Source: Eledone cirrhosa
Taxonomy: Eukaryota
Reading direction: 5' to 3'
NCBI GenBank assembly: GCA_964016885.1
Contig: CAXHJY010001189.1
Location: forward strand, 62,001-126,000
Length of the DNA: 64,000 bases
Made by a program: the position numbers and the translations under genes. The notes under the pieces are model-generated. The model worked only from the letters and a program-made list of their open reading frames with translations. It was not told where the DNA came from and did no database searches. Below, piece after piece: positions 12,086 to 23,486 of the stretch (its first letter is position 1; each line of letters starts with the position of its first letter).

Positions 12086-13189
12086 CTGAAATAAAATATT
12101 TGAAACTGTCTTACTTTGATGTATATATGTGTATAACTTAGCAATATACAAAAATAGCAATAGCTTTAAAAACTTTAATTTTTTTTGAATGCTAATGCTT
12201 ATAGTAAGATAAAATATCTGAAAAAATGGCAGTTGTCAAATAACCATTACAGATATTGCTTGCTTTCAAATCTTAATTTATCATCATCACTGTTATCTTT
12301 ATGAACAATGTACCTTTCTCTTTTCTTTTAAACATTAACACGAGTTCAACAGCTATGCACCTTTCATAGATCCCTTTCTGACATTAGTTTGTCTTGATCT
12401 GTACTAAATTTGTATAACTTATACCACAATACCTTACAAAGAAACTTTTTTGAAATATTTTTTCATGATCAATTCCTGTACATTGATGCTCTTTCAATGT
12501 ACTTACACTCAGATATATACTTAACAGATGAAAAGTCATATTCAACTGGTTGCTGTCAATCTTCAAGATGACCTTACAGTTACTATGAACCATCTACTGT
12601 CTTACTGATTAAATTTTCCACTGCCACAGTTTTACATCTCTGAAAATCTGCATCACACAACCTAACTGTAGTTGCCAACAGTCAATCCCCTTTATGGTGT
12701 TAGAAAAATAAGAGCTTGGTAAGTAGTCAAAGTAGAAATAAAGGAGATTACATGAAGAAGCTAAAGTAGAACAAACGGAAGTAGAATCTGTTTCGTGTGA
12801 GGGTAATGAAAGCCTTGAGAGGAGTAAGTAAACACTTCAAAATGTTAGGCCTCACAGATGAAGTCATGCAAAATTGAAGTGCATAGAAATATGCAAGAAT
12901 TGTTGAAACTGGTGCAGTAATGCACCAGCTTTAACAGTTGGTCATCAGAGGAATTATTATTTTACTATACACTCCACATAATACTTATTACATAATTAGG
13001 GGTGCTGACATGGCATACACCAGATTTGGTGCATTTAAAATCTTGTGGCAGCCATCCCTTTCTGGGTTTGACCATTGCTGGAGAGAGTGAAAGAGGGTGA
13101 ATCAACTGTTTTCTTCTACTTCTTCCCTGTCTGACTTTCCTTAGGTGTGTGCCTATTATTCCCGCTTTTCTCATTTTTTACATCCCACA

Positions 13190-13740
13190 TTCTATTATGC
13201 ATCATCTCTCCTCTTCTCGTTCTTTATTGTCAGCAAAGGTACTAGATCCTTAAACTTCTTCCAGCTTATTCTTACCCTAGCTACTGAACTCTGAGCACCC
13301 CTACTGCAGATACAATCACTAAGATAACAAAAGCAGTTAACCACTCCTGGGAAGCCATCCGGACAATTAAGGGAATCTATTTCATGTGTGCTGTTAGTGA
13401 TTATTTCTCCTGTACATTTTCTGCATATAAAGTATCATCTATGAATCTGCTTGGAGTCCAACTACATCTTTTGTGCATTCATAGATTGCACTATGCACAT
13501 CTTATAGAATTTCTGTCCTCCACTTTTTGGCATATCGAGTAAAACCAATGCATCAGTCGTCTTATTTTCTATTTTAGCATTTGCTAAGTTTACTTTTAGC
13601 ACCTTTGATTCTAGGTTTTGCTTCCGTGTCTGGAATTTAGCCTCTATCTTTTCTACAGACTGCTATAAGACCTGGTCATCAGCCTACAAGAGCTCTTTTG
13701 GGCAACTAGTCTTAAACTCCTCAGTTATGGCCCAAAGGAC
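13190..13740 (-). mobile_element. Old decayed RTE fragment (RT YADD to PHD region)
   Basis: Reverse complement reads VLWAITEEFKTSCPKELL*ADD...; multiple stops. Confidence 0.75.
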
Positions 13741-13959
13741 ACTCACACACATATATTGCCAGTTGGTGAGTAATATAAATTACTACAAATGGTACCTCTT
13801 TCAGAACTCAATGCTTGTGTAGATTAACAAAGACATCTGTTTTTTTATTGGTGTAATATGCGAAGCGCTTATATTTCAGTTCTACATATTATTCGTAATC
13901 AAGTATACTATATGTTTCACAAATGAACAGTTCGGTACCTCAATCAGTTACAATCAGTT

Positions 13960-14120
13960 GATTTAATCAACCCAGGTGCATTATTGGTACTATATTTTAT
14001 TAATCCGTAAGGATGAAAGACAAAGGTAACCTCAGGGGGATTTGAACTCAGAGCATAAAGGGACGCAACTATGCCATAAAGCATGTCTGATGCTTTATTG
14101 ATACTGCCAATCCACTACCC
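13960..14120 (-). mobile_element. SINE copy
   Basis: Reverse complement of the SINE head and core. Confidence 0.75.
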
Positions 14121-14304
14121 AATATGTCATGTAATGCTACCTGTATATATACATATATATTATAATAAAATAAGAATCATGTAACAACTAAGTTTAACCA
14201 GAGATAAAGTAGCTAAGTGGAAAAAAAGAAACAAGAGCTCCTGGCATAATTTTCACACTTCCGCTTCACATGCATTTCACTACATTGATATTCAAAGACA
14301 AGTA

Positions 14305-15542
14305 TTAGGTTGTCTTACATGAAATGTCGTATTTTTAATAAGTTTCTTTATCAGCCATTTATAAGCTCGATTATGTGTATGCTTCTGTTTAATCTTAACT
14401 ATCTTTTATTCCAAACAATATTACCATTCAAAATCGCTACCCACAATCCTATGACAATGTTGACAACTAAACAATACCGAGTGGTTTTCTTGTACGAATA
14501 CAAGCTGGGTCACTCGGCCTCAGAAGCCCTACGAAACATTAAGCGAGCTTTTGGTAACGATTCTGTTGACACCAGAACTGTCCAGAGATGGTTTCAAAGA
14601 TTTCGTTCAGGAAATGAGAGCCTTAAAAATGAACCGAGAGGGAGACCCATATCAGTAATTCGCCATGATGAATTGAATGCTTTGGTTAAACAAAATCCGA
14701 GAACGGTTCGAAAAATCTCATCTGAGCTCCAGACATATCTCTCAACTGTTTCTCGACACCTGAAGAAAATTGGAAAAGTCAAAAAGATGGACAGGTTTGT
14801 TTCACATCAAGTTAATGAGATTCAAAGAAACAGGCGTCTTACAGTGTGCTGAATGTTGGTTTCTCGGCTCGAAAGAGATCCATTTTTGCATCGACTCATT
14901 ACGTATGAGAAATGGATACTCTTCGATAACAGCAGAAGGACTGGACAGTGGTTAGATGCAGAAGAGTCACCGAAACACTACCCAAAACCACCATTGCACC
15001 CTAAGAAGTTGATGGTCACTGTATGGTGGTCTGCAAAGGGGATTATTCATTATTCATTTTTGCAACAAGGCAATACTGTGTAACAGCAACATCATATTGT
15101 CAGGAAATTGATCGTATGCATGAAAAATTGAAGAAGAAGCATCCCAGACTAGTGAATAGAGATGGCCCAATTTTGCTTCACGATAATGCACGGCCTCACA
15201 CCTCTCAAGCTACGTTCCTCAAGTTGCAAAGTCTGAATTATGAAATTTTGCAACATCCTCCCTATTCTCCTGATATTTCTCCTACTGATTATCACTTATT
15301 TAAGCATTTTGAGTTTTTTATATGCAATAAAACATTCTTAAATAGAGGAGAGGTAATTGAAGCATTCGGACAGTTTATCAGTGCAAAAGAAGATAAATTC
15401 TTTGAAGATGGAATATATGCCTTAGAGGAACGTTGGGCAAAGGTCATATGTAAACAAGGATCATATTTTGAATAAATTAAACACTTAAAAACAATTTTAT
15501 TCTTTCCATTTCAAATACGACATTTCATGTGAGACAACCTAA
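14305..15542 (+). mobile_element. mariner transposon, full length but defective
   Basis: ~30-bp TIRs TTAGGTTGTCTTACATGAAATGTCGTATTT, TA TSDs, HDNA and YSPDISPTDY motifs; nonsense codon at 14850, first catalytic Asp apparently lost (ITYEKW), frameshift near 15075. Confidence 0.95.
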
Positions 15543-15657
15543 TAGTAAACACTGGATGTTTGTTTTTGTCTTCAATATACACACACACATATATGGAGAA
15601 ATATATACATTTATTCAAACATTTATTTATATAGACATATGTATTATCTTGGGACAT

Positions 15658-15895
15658 CATCATCTTTTAACATCTATCTTCCACGCTAGCATGGGTTAGA
15701 CGGGTTTCTCCTATTTAGAGGCAAGTTGGGTTGAGTGACTGTGTCATGCTCATATAGGACTATTTCTGGTTGGTTTTCTACAGCTGGATGCTTTTCCTAA
15801 CGCCAACCACATTTACAGTGTGGACTGGGTGCTTTTTGCCGTGTTTCATACACAACCATTTTACAGTGTGGGCTGGATGTTTTGTGGTACCACCA
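15658..15895 (-). mobile_element. RTE 3' UTR fragment
   Basis: (CAT)n followed by the reverse complement of the RTE 3' end. Confidence 0.8.
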
Positions 15896-16257
15896 TAATA
15901 TGTATATATGTGTGTGTGTGTATATATATATATAGAATAAGGAAATACAAAGTTTAGATGATAAAGTCCTTTATTGATACGGCCGTAATACATATTTCGA
16001 GGACAACATTGGCTACACAATTCAGCATAGAAGCTACTACCATGCTCTCTTCAGACATCGCCTTACATAATAAAGTTACAATCAAGGAAGTAATCCAAAA
16101 TTGAAGTGACAAGGGAACGGACAAACAGCAATGTTCATGAATCAAATGCCTGTGCCCCTGTGAGCTTCAATTCATGCCAACAGGTCTGCGCATGCGTAAA
16201 AGTAGGATATATAGCTGATTACTATTGTAAACCATAGAAAATTATCTTAGTGATGAT

Positions 16258-16399
16258 CATAGCTACATATACTTAATAGATATAGATAGATGCATACATA
16301 CATATCTCATCAATAAAAATAAATTTGGTATGCCAATCAGTCTATCTAACTTACGTATGTATGCATCTATCTGTATCTATGTAAGTATATGTAGCTATG
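16258..16399. repeat. Near-perfect ~45-bp inverted repeat with a ~53-nt spacer
   Basis: CATAGCTACATATACTTA...GCATACATAC and its reverse complement, with 1 mismatch and 1 indel. Confidence 0.85.
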
Positions 16400-16685
16400 C
16401 CTTGGTAATTGTATATAGATAGCTATAAATAAACAAACAACATATTACTGGACAGTAAACAACAAAGTATGAATTCCAATAGAAGTCACAAACATTTTAT
16501 AGATATATGGATATAGGTTTGATAATGATTATAGAAAATATGGAGGAAAATTAATTAATTAATGTTATTTAATTGAATGTAAAATACACACAAACACACA
16601 AATAAATAAATAAATATATATATGATGACTTCCTTCGAATGAAACAGTTCTAGTCCTGTAGAAGCCATTTGTGTATATATATATA

Positions 16686-17495
16686 TCTAAAAATGAAAGG
16701 CAGATCGTATGATGCCTGTATACGAACAGCAATGCTACATGGCATTACGTGCAGAGGACCTGCGTAGATTGGAAAGGAATGAAACATGCATGCTCCATTG
16801 GATGTGTAATAGTAATATACGTGAACGGCAAAGCATAAATGAACTAAGTAAGAAATTAGGAATAAGAGGAATCAGATGCTGTTTACTTGAGAGAAGACTA
16901 CGTTGGTATGGTCACGTGATGCGCATGAATGACAACAGCTGCATAAAAAAGTGCAGGGCAATCAAAATTGATGGTAGTTACGGAGTAGGTAGACCCAGAA
17001 AAACCTGGGATGATCTGATAAATTCCGACCTCACACACTTACATCTCCCTAAGACAATGTCTCTGGACCAAGATCTTTGGCGCTATGCAGTAATACAGAA
17101 TACCTCCCTTGCCTATGTACAAAGCGAAACCTAGTCAGTAGGCACATCTAAACCAAATATACACCCTAATCTACTACCCCTACCCTATGCTCCCACTCCC
17201 ACCAACAGTACGAGAAAATGAGATCGAGATCATGTAGGTGTCACGACAAAAAAAAACACGCATAGTCCACGCTGTAATGTGGCCGTGTAATTAAGACGGT
17301 AAAAAATTCCCAGTTCCACACTGTAAATGTGGTTGGTGTTAGGAAGGGCATCCAGCCGTAGAAAACCTGCCAGATAGTCCTATATGAGCGAGACATGGTC
17401 ACCCAACCAGCCTTGCCTCAAGTGGGACAACTCCCGTCTAACCCATGCTAGCGTGGAAAATGGACGTTAAACGAAGATGATGAGATGATGATGAT
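16686..17495 (+). mobile_element. 5'-truncated RTE copy (related subfamily)
   Basis: KMKGRxYDACIRT...RRLRWYGHVMRM...GRPRKTW; same 3' end and (GAT)n tail. Confidence 0.9.
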
Positions 17496-17950
17496 ATATA
17501 TATATATATATGTGTGTATGTAATGTTTGTGTACGCATGTGTATTTGTATGTATGTGTGTGTATGTATATGTGTGTATGTATATGTGTGTGTGTATATGT
17601 GTGTGTGTATATGTGTGTGTGTATATATATATATAAATGTATATAAGGTTGGGCGTATGTGTGCCCACGTATGTATATATATATGTGTATGTTTGAGTAG
17701 GCCATGCTTATCCCAACTGATACAGGGCGCGAAGTAAGCAACCGTCATAAGGCTTGTGGCGATATGTATCTACAAGTGGGTGTGACTGGGTCCGTGGAAG
17801 TGAGGGAGAGAGGGTGTGTGTATATATATACTTTTATGTATGTATGTGGGGGTGTGTGTGTCTGCGCATGTAGGTGTACGTGTGTGTATGTATAAATATG
17901 TATGTGTCTTCATGTCTGTATGTTTATATGTGTAGTTTAGTATGTGTGGG
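17495..17950. repeat. Compound (TA)/(TG) microsatellite region
   Basis: Seen directly; source of several spurious ORFs. Confidence 0.9.
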
Positions 17951-18187
17951 TGCTTACTCTGAAGTGTGAGCAGACGTGTGAAATACTGAACCCAGCATGA
18001 CTCCATCGAAATGTGTCGGACGTAAAATGGCTGATGAACCGTGTGGCAGCAGATACTGACCAGAGCTTGTGATGACGTGGAGTAAAAACAGCCAATGGCA
18101 TGACAAGAGTGGAAGTAGGGTTTTTTTAGGGTGTTTTTTTATGATAACACCCCAGTGATAAAATTTGCTCGAGACGAAACACCCGTG

Positions 18188-18640
18188 CCTGTTCGTATGC
18201 AGGCATCATACAGCCTGCCTTTCATTTTTAGAGAGAACCCTTTAGCGGCTAATAGTGGTATAAGTTCTCTGAACTTTTTCCATCCAGTTCTGACTCTAGC
18301 TACTGTACTTTCAGAGCACCCTCCACCACTGCTGATTTTGTCACCCAAGTAACGGAAGGTGTCCACTATTTCTATAGAACCATCTGTGCAATGGAATGAG
18401 CTAGTATTCTGTGGGCACTTGCTGCTACTTATTGCACCAGAGCACCGGCCACATATAAAATCTGTGTTCTTAGTTAGCTTACCTGTGATCCCACTACATC
18501 TTTTATGCACCCATACTTTGCATTTGGGACATAAAATGGAGTTTCTACCTACTCCTTTCCCACACACTGAGCATGGCCATTTCACGGATGGGACCAGTGC
18601 CCTATTTTCCTTCCTACAAACTAGAACTTTAGTCTTAGAC
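18188..18640 (-). mobile_element. Internal RTE fragment (PHD-like region)
   Basis: KWPCSVCGKGVGRNSILCPKCKVWVHKRCSG...LYDACIRT, homologous to 6710-7150. Confidence 0.9.
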
Positions 18641-18658
18641 TAAATATATATATATACA

Positions 18659-18951
18659 CAGTTGTCCCCAGTATTCGCTGGGGTTACGTTCCTAGATCAT
18701 CCACGAAGTGTGAAAAAGTGTAAATATTGGATGTGGTCCATAAAAATGCCTATAAACGTCAAACAATGTAAAATAGAGGCCAGCAAATACGGTTTATTGT
18801 TATTAATAATTTAGCATTAAAAAGCATGAAAAACTATATATTGCCACGAAAAAATTGCAGAATATATTTACGATTCTGCTAATCTGCAGTGGTCTCCACA
18901 AATAATTATTCGGTTCTAAGGAAAATTCCATGAATAACCGGGACCATACAG
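18659..18951. mobile_element. Tigger/pogo-like MITE
   Basis: CAGTTGTCCCCAGTATTCGCTGGGGTTACGTTCC left end and a degenerate complementary right end, in TA context. Confidence 0.6.
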
Positions 18952-19426
18952 TATGTATGTGTGTGTGTGTGTATATACACACACACACACACATACATGC
19001 AATAGAGGTGTATATGAAGGCATATAGAATATTTTTATGTATATTAAACAAACAAGAGCCTCACTATAAATGTTCTAAGCTGTAATCATATCACAGCTAT
19101 TTCAGTAGCCGTGTGAGTATGTCAGACATGTGTTTCTGGATTTTTATCCGCCCTCATTTTGTACATTAAGCTATAGCTTATATACGTTTTTGTATATGGA
19201 ACATTGGCTAGGATTTGGACTAGGACTAATACAGCATGGTTCATAACAGGTGTATATGAAGTCATATACGAAGTGTTTATAAATTACTAGACCACCCGTG
19301 ACCCATTGGGTATGTTCACTTAAAAGTGTTTTAAATAATTAAAATATACACAAACATGTATATAATGTAAAATGAAATTGGAAGGGCCATATATATGTGT
19401 GTGTGTGTATACATATGTGTCTGTAA

Positions 19427-19466
<40 letters not shown>

Positions 19467-20919
19467 CACTGGTCAGTCACATACACACTTAGAAACCCTT
19501 CCTATTTAGCAGGAAATATTCGCTACACAGATACAGTAATGCTGTATTTGATTCTTTGAAGTCACTTGTTATAATTTCATTCAATAACACCACCAGCTCT
19601 TTCTCTCTCTATGTATCTCTTTCAAGCTACTCTCTCTCTATTTATGAAGGTACCCAGAAAAACCCCTATCTTGTTTTTTCCATTTGTATTCCCATTTCAG
19701 GGGCAACTTCCTTTCAAAGTATTTTCCCATTATGCGCCCTTTTGGCTGTATTAAATTACAGACAAGCACACAGAGTTTTCGTAGTATATAGATAAAGATA
19801 CATGAAGGTTTTAAGTTGTAGCCATATGAGAACATCAGATAAATGTTTCTGGACTTTTATCCCGCATCAGTAACAAGAACAAGCCATACATCTCTCTCAT
19901 TTTCCATATATCTGTCTTCCCGACAAGATTCTCTCTCCCACTGGCTATTCAATCGTCTCCACTTGTTCTCTGCAAGACATACTAGAGGCGCTCCTACTTC
20001 AAAGCTATCTTTGAGGAAGACATCAGCTCTGCCTACACATGGTCCTTTTCCCTTATTTTAGCCTAGTATTCTCCATGTCTGTATGTCTCTGACGCATAAA
20101 GTTGTCTGATCTTGGTCCCACAGCCCTTTGCTTCCTGTCTGTCCATGATTTTAGCCCAGGGTTTCATATGCCCATTACCACATCAATTCCATCCACCACG
20201 TGGTTGATCAATATCACCCACAGCCCTATTTTCATTTCCTGTACCATTATCTCCACTGCTACCTTTGCATCTAGTCTCCCTGCCATCGACTGCCCTTCCA
20301 CTACTCATCCCACTCCACTTTTTAACCACCTCCAGGGTCACTAATGTTGTTGTGCAGCCCTTGTCCACAAGGGCTTGCGACAGCTTCTCCCACTGTGGGC
20401 AATAGAGTACCTCTACATGCTTCCGGTACAGTAACTCCTCTTTTACTCTTTCCCTGGTCGCAAGTGTTGGCAATGTGGCCTGTCTGTTTACATCGGGAGC
20501 AAATTATATCTGGTGTCAGCTCCGTGGTCCCTTGCCATGTGCGGACTATGACACCTGAAGCACTGGTCTCTGAACGCCTGCAGCTGAGTGTTCAGGAAAA
20601 GGGTGCTCTTCTCCCCTCATCGTTTGTTATCGACTGCTTACGTTGCAATATTCTGCTCAATGCCTTGTGTCACTATGCATACCTGTGTGATTAGCTCGCT
20701 CATGTTGTTGCCTGGTGACTGTTGGAACCTCATCAAAATTTCGTAGGGAAACCATTCACAAACACCATCTGCACAGACCTTTTGAAATTCTCTGTGAATT
20801 TGGCTAGTGTAGCCAACCCCCCATTTCTGCCATGAACATTTCTACCTGCTCTCCAGTCTATCTTGCTTTGCCTAGCTTGGCGAAAGCAGCATAAGATCCC
20901 TCAGTGAATGCTTCCTTAA

Positions 20920-23486
20920 CCCTTTAGCATTCACATTGAATTGTCAAATGTCATGTTCATCTATTCGCATTATTTTCACTTAATTATACTCAAGAGGGTT
21001 ATCAATTTTATTTGTTTCTAATTACTTTAATTTTCTATGTGCAGACTTGAAATTTTGTCAGTAGACGTTTAAAGAACTATAATTTACAATTATATAATTT
21101 TACCTGATTTTTTTTTGTTAAATTTGACTTTTATGGGCAGGTAAAATTAATTAACAGGTGTAAAAGTAATAACTTTATGGATAAACACAAAAATTTAAAC
21201 TTTATCTGCCTTACCTGTTAGATTTGTTGCAAAAAAATCCAATAATGATCTAGATGCTGATTTCCATCAATTCTAGCAGTTTTCCGAACAGGTGAATTAA
21301 TTAAAAATGCAGGTGTAATCAGTACAATGTTTTAGTCTTTCTCTACATTCCAGGCAAATATTTTCATTGAAAAAAATGTATAAAACCTTTTCACCAGTCA
21401 AAATAATATTGGCAATGTACTCTTACACAATGTACGGTGTAAAATTACGTAACAGAATGTTCCCAATATATAAGTTCATTAACAGGTGTGATGCAGGTGT
21501 GTCACAGGTGAATGCAGGTGTTTTTGTATATGTGTGCTAATATATTTTTAAAATAGTGTTTTCAATATTGTTAGATAATATTTCGATCGTGATACTGCCC
21601 AAAGCACCCTTTACATAAGGGCACTTTGCAAAAGGAACACATAAATAGGGTTTGGATTGCGTAACCTTTAACAGTTTTTCTCTTTTGCAAAGAGCACAAT
21701 CGGCAAACCTTCCTCCTACCATCAATTCTCTCCACTTTATGAAAATCAATATTTTCTTTGTGGACCACTGCTAATTTTGATTTTTTCCCAGCTTTGTGTT
21801 TGCGAGAAGTATATCCCCCACGTAGCTGGGATGCAATGTCCACGCGAAATTTCATGTGGCAGTAGTCCTTTGGTGGTGGCGGATCCTTGTGGCTTTTAGT
21901 AAATACAATATAAGAATTTACAATGGTTAAATTCACTAAAAACCACAAGATGTATCTCCACCATTTCTTTCCAGGGCGTCCAACTGGGTAATACGCGCAA
22001 TATTGGTCGGATTTGTCAACCCCACCCATATATTTATTATAGGAGAGGTTAACTAAAGGTCTACCCTCAGCCCCAACACCTGGTTGTTGGTTAGAACTCA
22101 GGAACAAAATTTGCCGTTTGTCTTTGAACACTGTGGCTAACATGTTCTCTTTTTGCATTTGGAGAATGTCTCCTCTGTTTTTTAGTTTTGCAACTTTTAT
22201 TTCTTGGGGTAGTCCTTTCCGATTGCTCATTATTGTGCCGCAGGTGTACGTATTTACAAGGGCAAGATCCTCTGCTAAAAGCACCGAAGAAAAAAAACGG
22301 TCATAATAAATGTGTCTGTGTTGAAAGTGGAAGGGTTGAGTCAGCGACCACACAACATCGTAACCCAACCCGTGCTTTCTCTCTCCGTTAAGTTTTTTTC
22401 CTGTGTAAACATCAAAGTTTACACAGTATCCCGTGTCCGATTCACACAGTTCCCACACTTTGATGCCCCATTTGGTGGGTTTAGCTGGCATATACTGTCT
22501 GAAATGAACCCTACCCTTATATCCAATCATAGCTTCATCAACACTAAGATTTTTTCCAGGTAAATACATACTTTTAAATTTTTCCGTCAACATTTCAATT
22601 AATGGTCGTACTTTGTACAGTGGGTCGTAATTCGATTTATTTCTACCAGGGGCATTTGTAGTATCAACCAGATGCAAATACTGGTTTAATTTTATAAATC
22701 TCGTTTTGGCCATAATACTAGATATATAAGGGTCACCAAACCTTATATCAGTACTCCAATAATTCCACAGTCGTGGAAATTGTTTAATACCAAACATAAT
22801 GTTTATGGTAAAAAACGCTTTCATTTCGGCAGAATCTGTCGGACGCCATAAAAGATCGGGATTTGCTCGATTAGAAATCTGTTGTTGTGCATAGCGATTT
22901 GTCTCCTCTGCCACAACTTCGAAGAAAGTTTGTGGTAGAAATAAAAAAAAATAATCCAGAGCTTTAGCATCGGGTGGTAATGTGTGTTGTGGTCCAGAAT
23001 TTTCATTAAAATCCGAAACATGTATCGGTGTTGTTTTTTTCAACCACGTTGGTGTTTTTTCAATGGTGTCAGATATCTCTTCGCTTTCACTTTCAAAGTG
23101 ACTATCATCATCATCAGATATATCTGAAATAAATATATCTGATTCATTTGAAGATAAATCACTGATATTATCTTCTGTTTCTTTGTTATCTTGAATGTCG
23201 TAGGATGTGAAACCTTCAAAATCGTTGTCGCTGCTTTCGGAAGCCATGTTACAATTTCAAAGTTAAAAACACGTGTTATCACAAGGTCTTTAACTATACT
23301 AAGAGTTAATTTTCGCGCGTAAGGGCTTTATCTCGCTGTAATCTCGAATTGACGAGATTTTGATGATGTCAATGTTTATTTTTAGAAGGATATCTACGAG
23401 TGGTCTGAAATGTCGGTTTTTGTCGGTTTGAATAAATGAAAGGGGACATAATTTTGTCGGTTTTTGTCGCTTTGAACGCTAAAGGG
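20920..23486 (-). mobile_element. piggyBac transposon, apparently intact (2567 bp)
   Basis: TTAA TSDs at 20916-20919 and 23487-23490; 14-bp TIRs CCCTTTAGC(A/G)TTCA; intact transposase ORF. Confidence 0.96.
21571..23247 (-). CDS. piggyBac transposase, 558 aa (PGBD4-like)
   Basis: Acidic N-terminus, DDD triad (SVDEAM, YYDRFF, GVDKSDQ), YMPAKPTKWGIK, C-terminal Cys-rich domain CRLC...CSFCKVPLCKGCFGQYH; no stops. Confidence 0.96.
   Translation of the reverse strand: MASESSDNDFEGFTSYDIQDNKETEDNISDLSSNESDIFISDISDDDDSHFESESEEISDTIEKTPTWLKKTTPIHVSDFNENSGPQHTLPPDAKALDYFFLFLPQTFFEVVAEETNRYAQQQISNRANPDLLWRPTDSAEMKAFFTINIMFGIKQFPRLWNYWSTDIRFGDPYISSIMAKTRFIKLNQYLHLVDTTNAPGRNKSNYDPLYKVRPLIEMLTEKFKSMYLPGKNLSVDEAMIGYKGRVHFRQYMPAKPTKWGIKVWELCESDTGYCVNFDVYTGKKLNGERKHGLGYDVVWSLTQPFHFQHRHIYYDRFFSSVLLAEDLALVNTYTCGTIMSNRKGLPQEIKVAKLKNRGDILQMQKENMLATVFKDKRQILFLSSNQQPGVGAEGRPLVNLSYNKYMGGVDKSDQYCAYYPVGRPGKKWWRYILWFLVNLTIVNSYIVFTKSHKDPPPPKDYCHMKFRVDIASQLRGGYTSRKHKAGKKSKLAVVHKENIDFHKVERIDGRRKVCRLCSLQKRKTVKGYAIQTLFMCSFCKVPLCKGCFGQYHDRNII

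Noticed and set aside
14305-15542. Active mariner or SETMAR-like domesticated gene
   Set aside because: Nonsense codon, frameshift and apparent loss of the first catalytic Asp; antisense to the host gene; no SET domain.
17438-18006. Several ORFs in the track here and at 1807-2136, 38466-39302 and 40182-40409
   Set aside because: They are translations of microsatellites (YI/HT/CV/SL runs).
23200-23300. CSB-PGBD3-style exon-trap fusion of YTHDC1 exon 2 to the co-oriented piggyBac transposase
   Set aside because: The nearest upstream AG (23289-23288) gives the wrong phase, and in-frame TAA/TGA precede the ATG. An internal phase-1 AG (TTTGAAG|GT) has a weak pyrimidine tract. Unsupported without RNA data.
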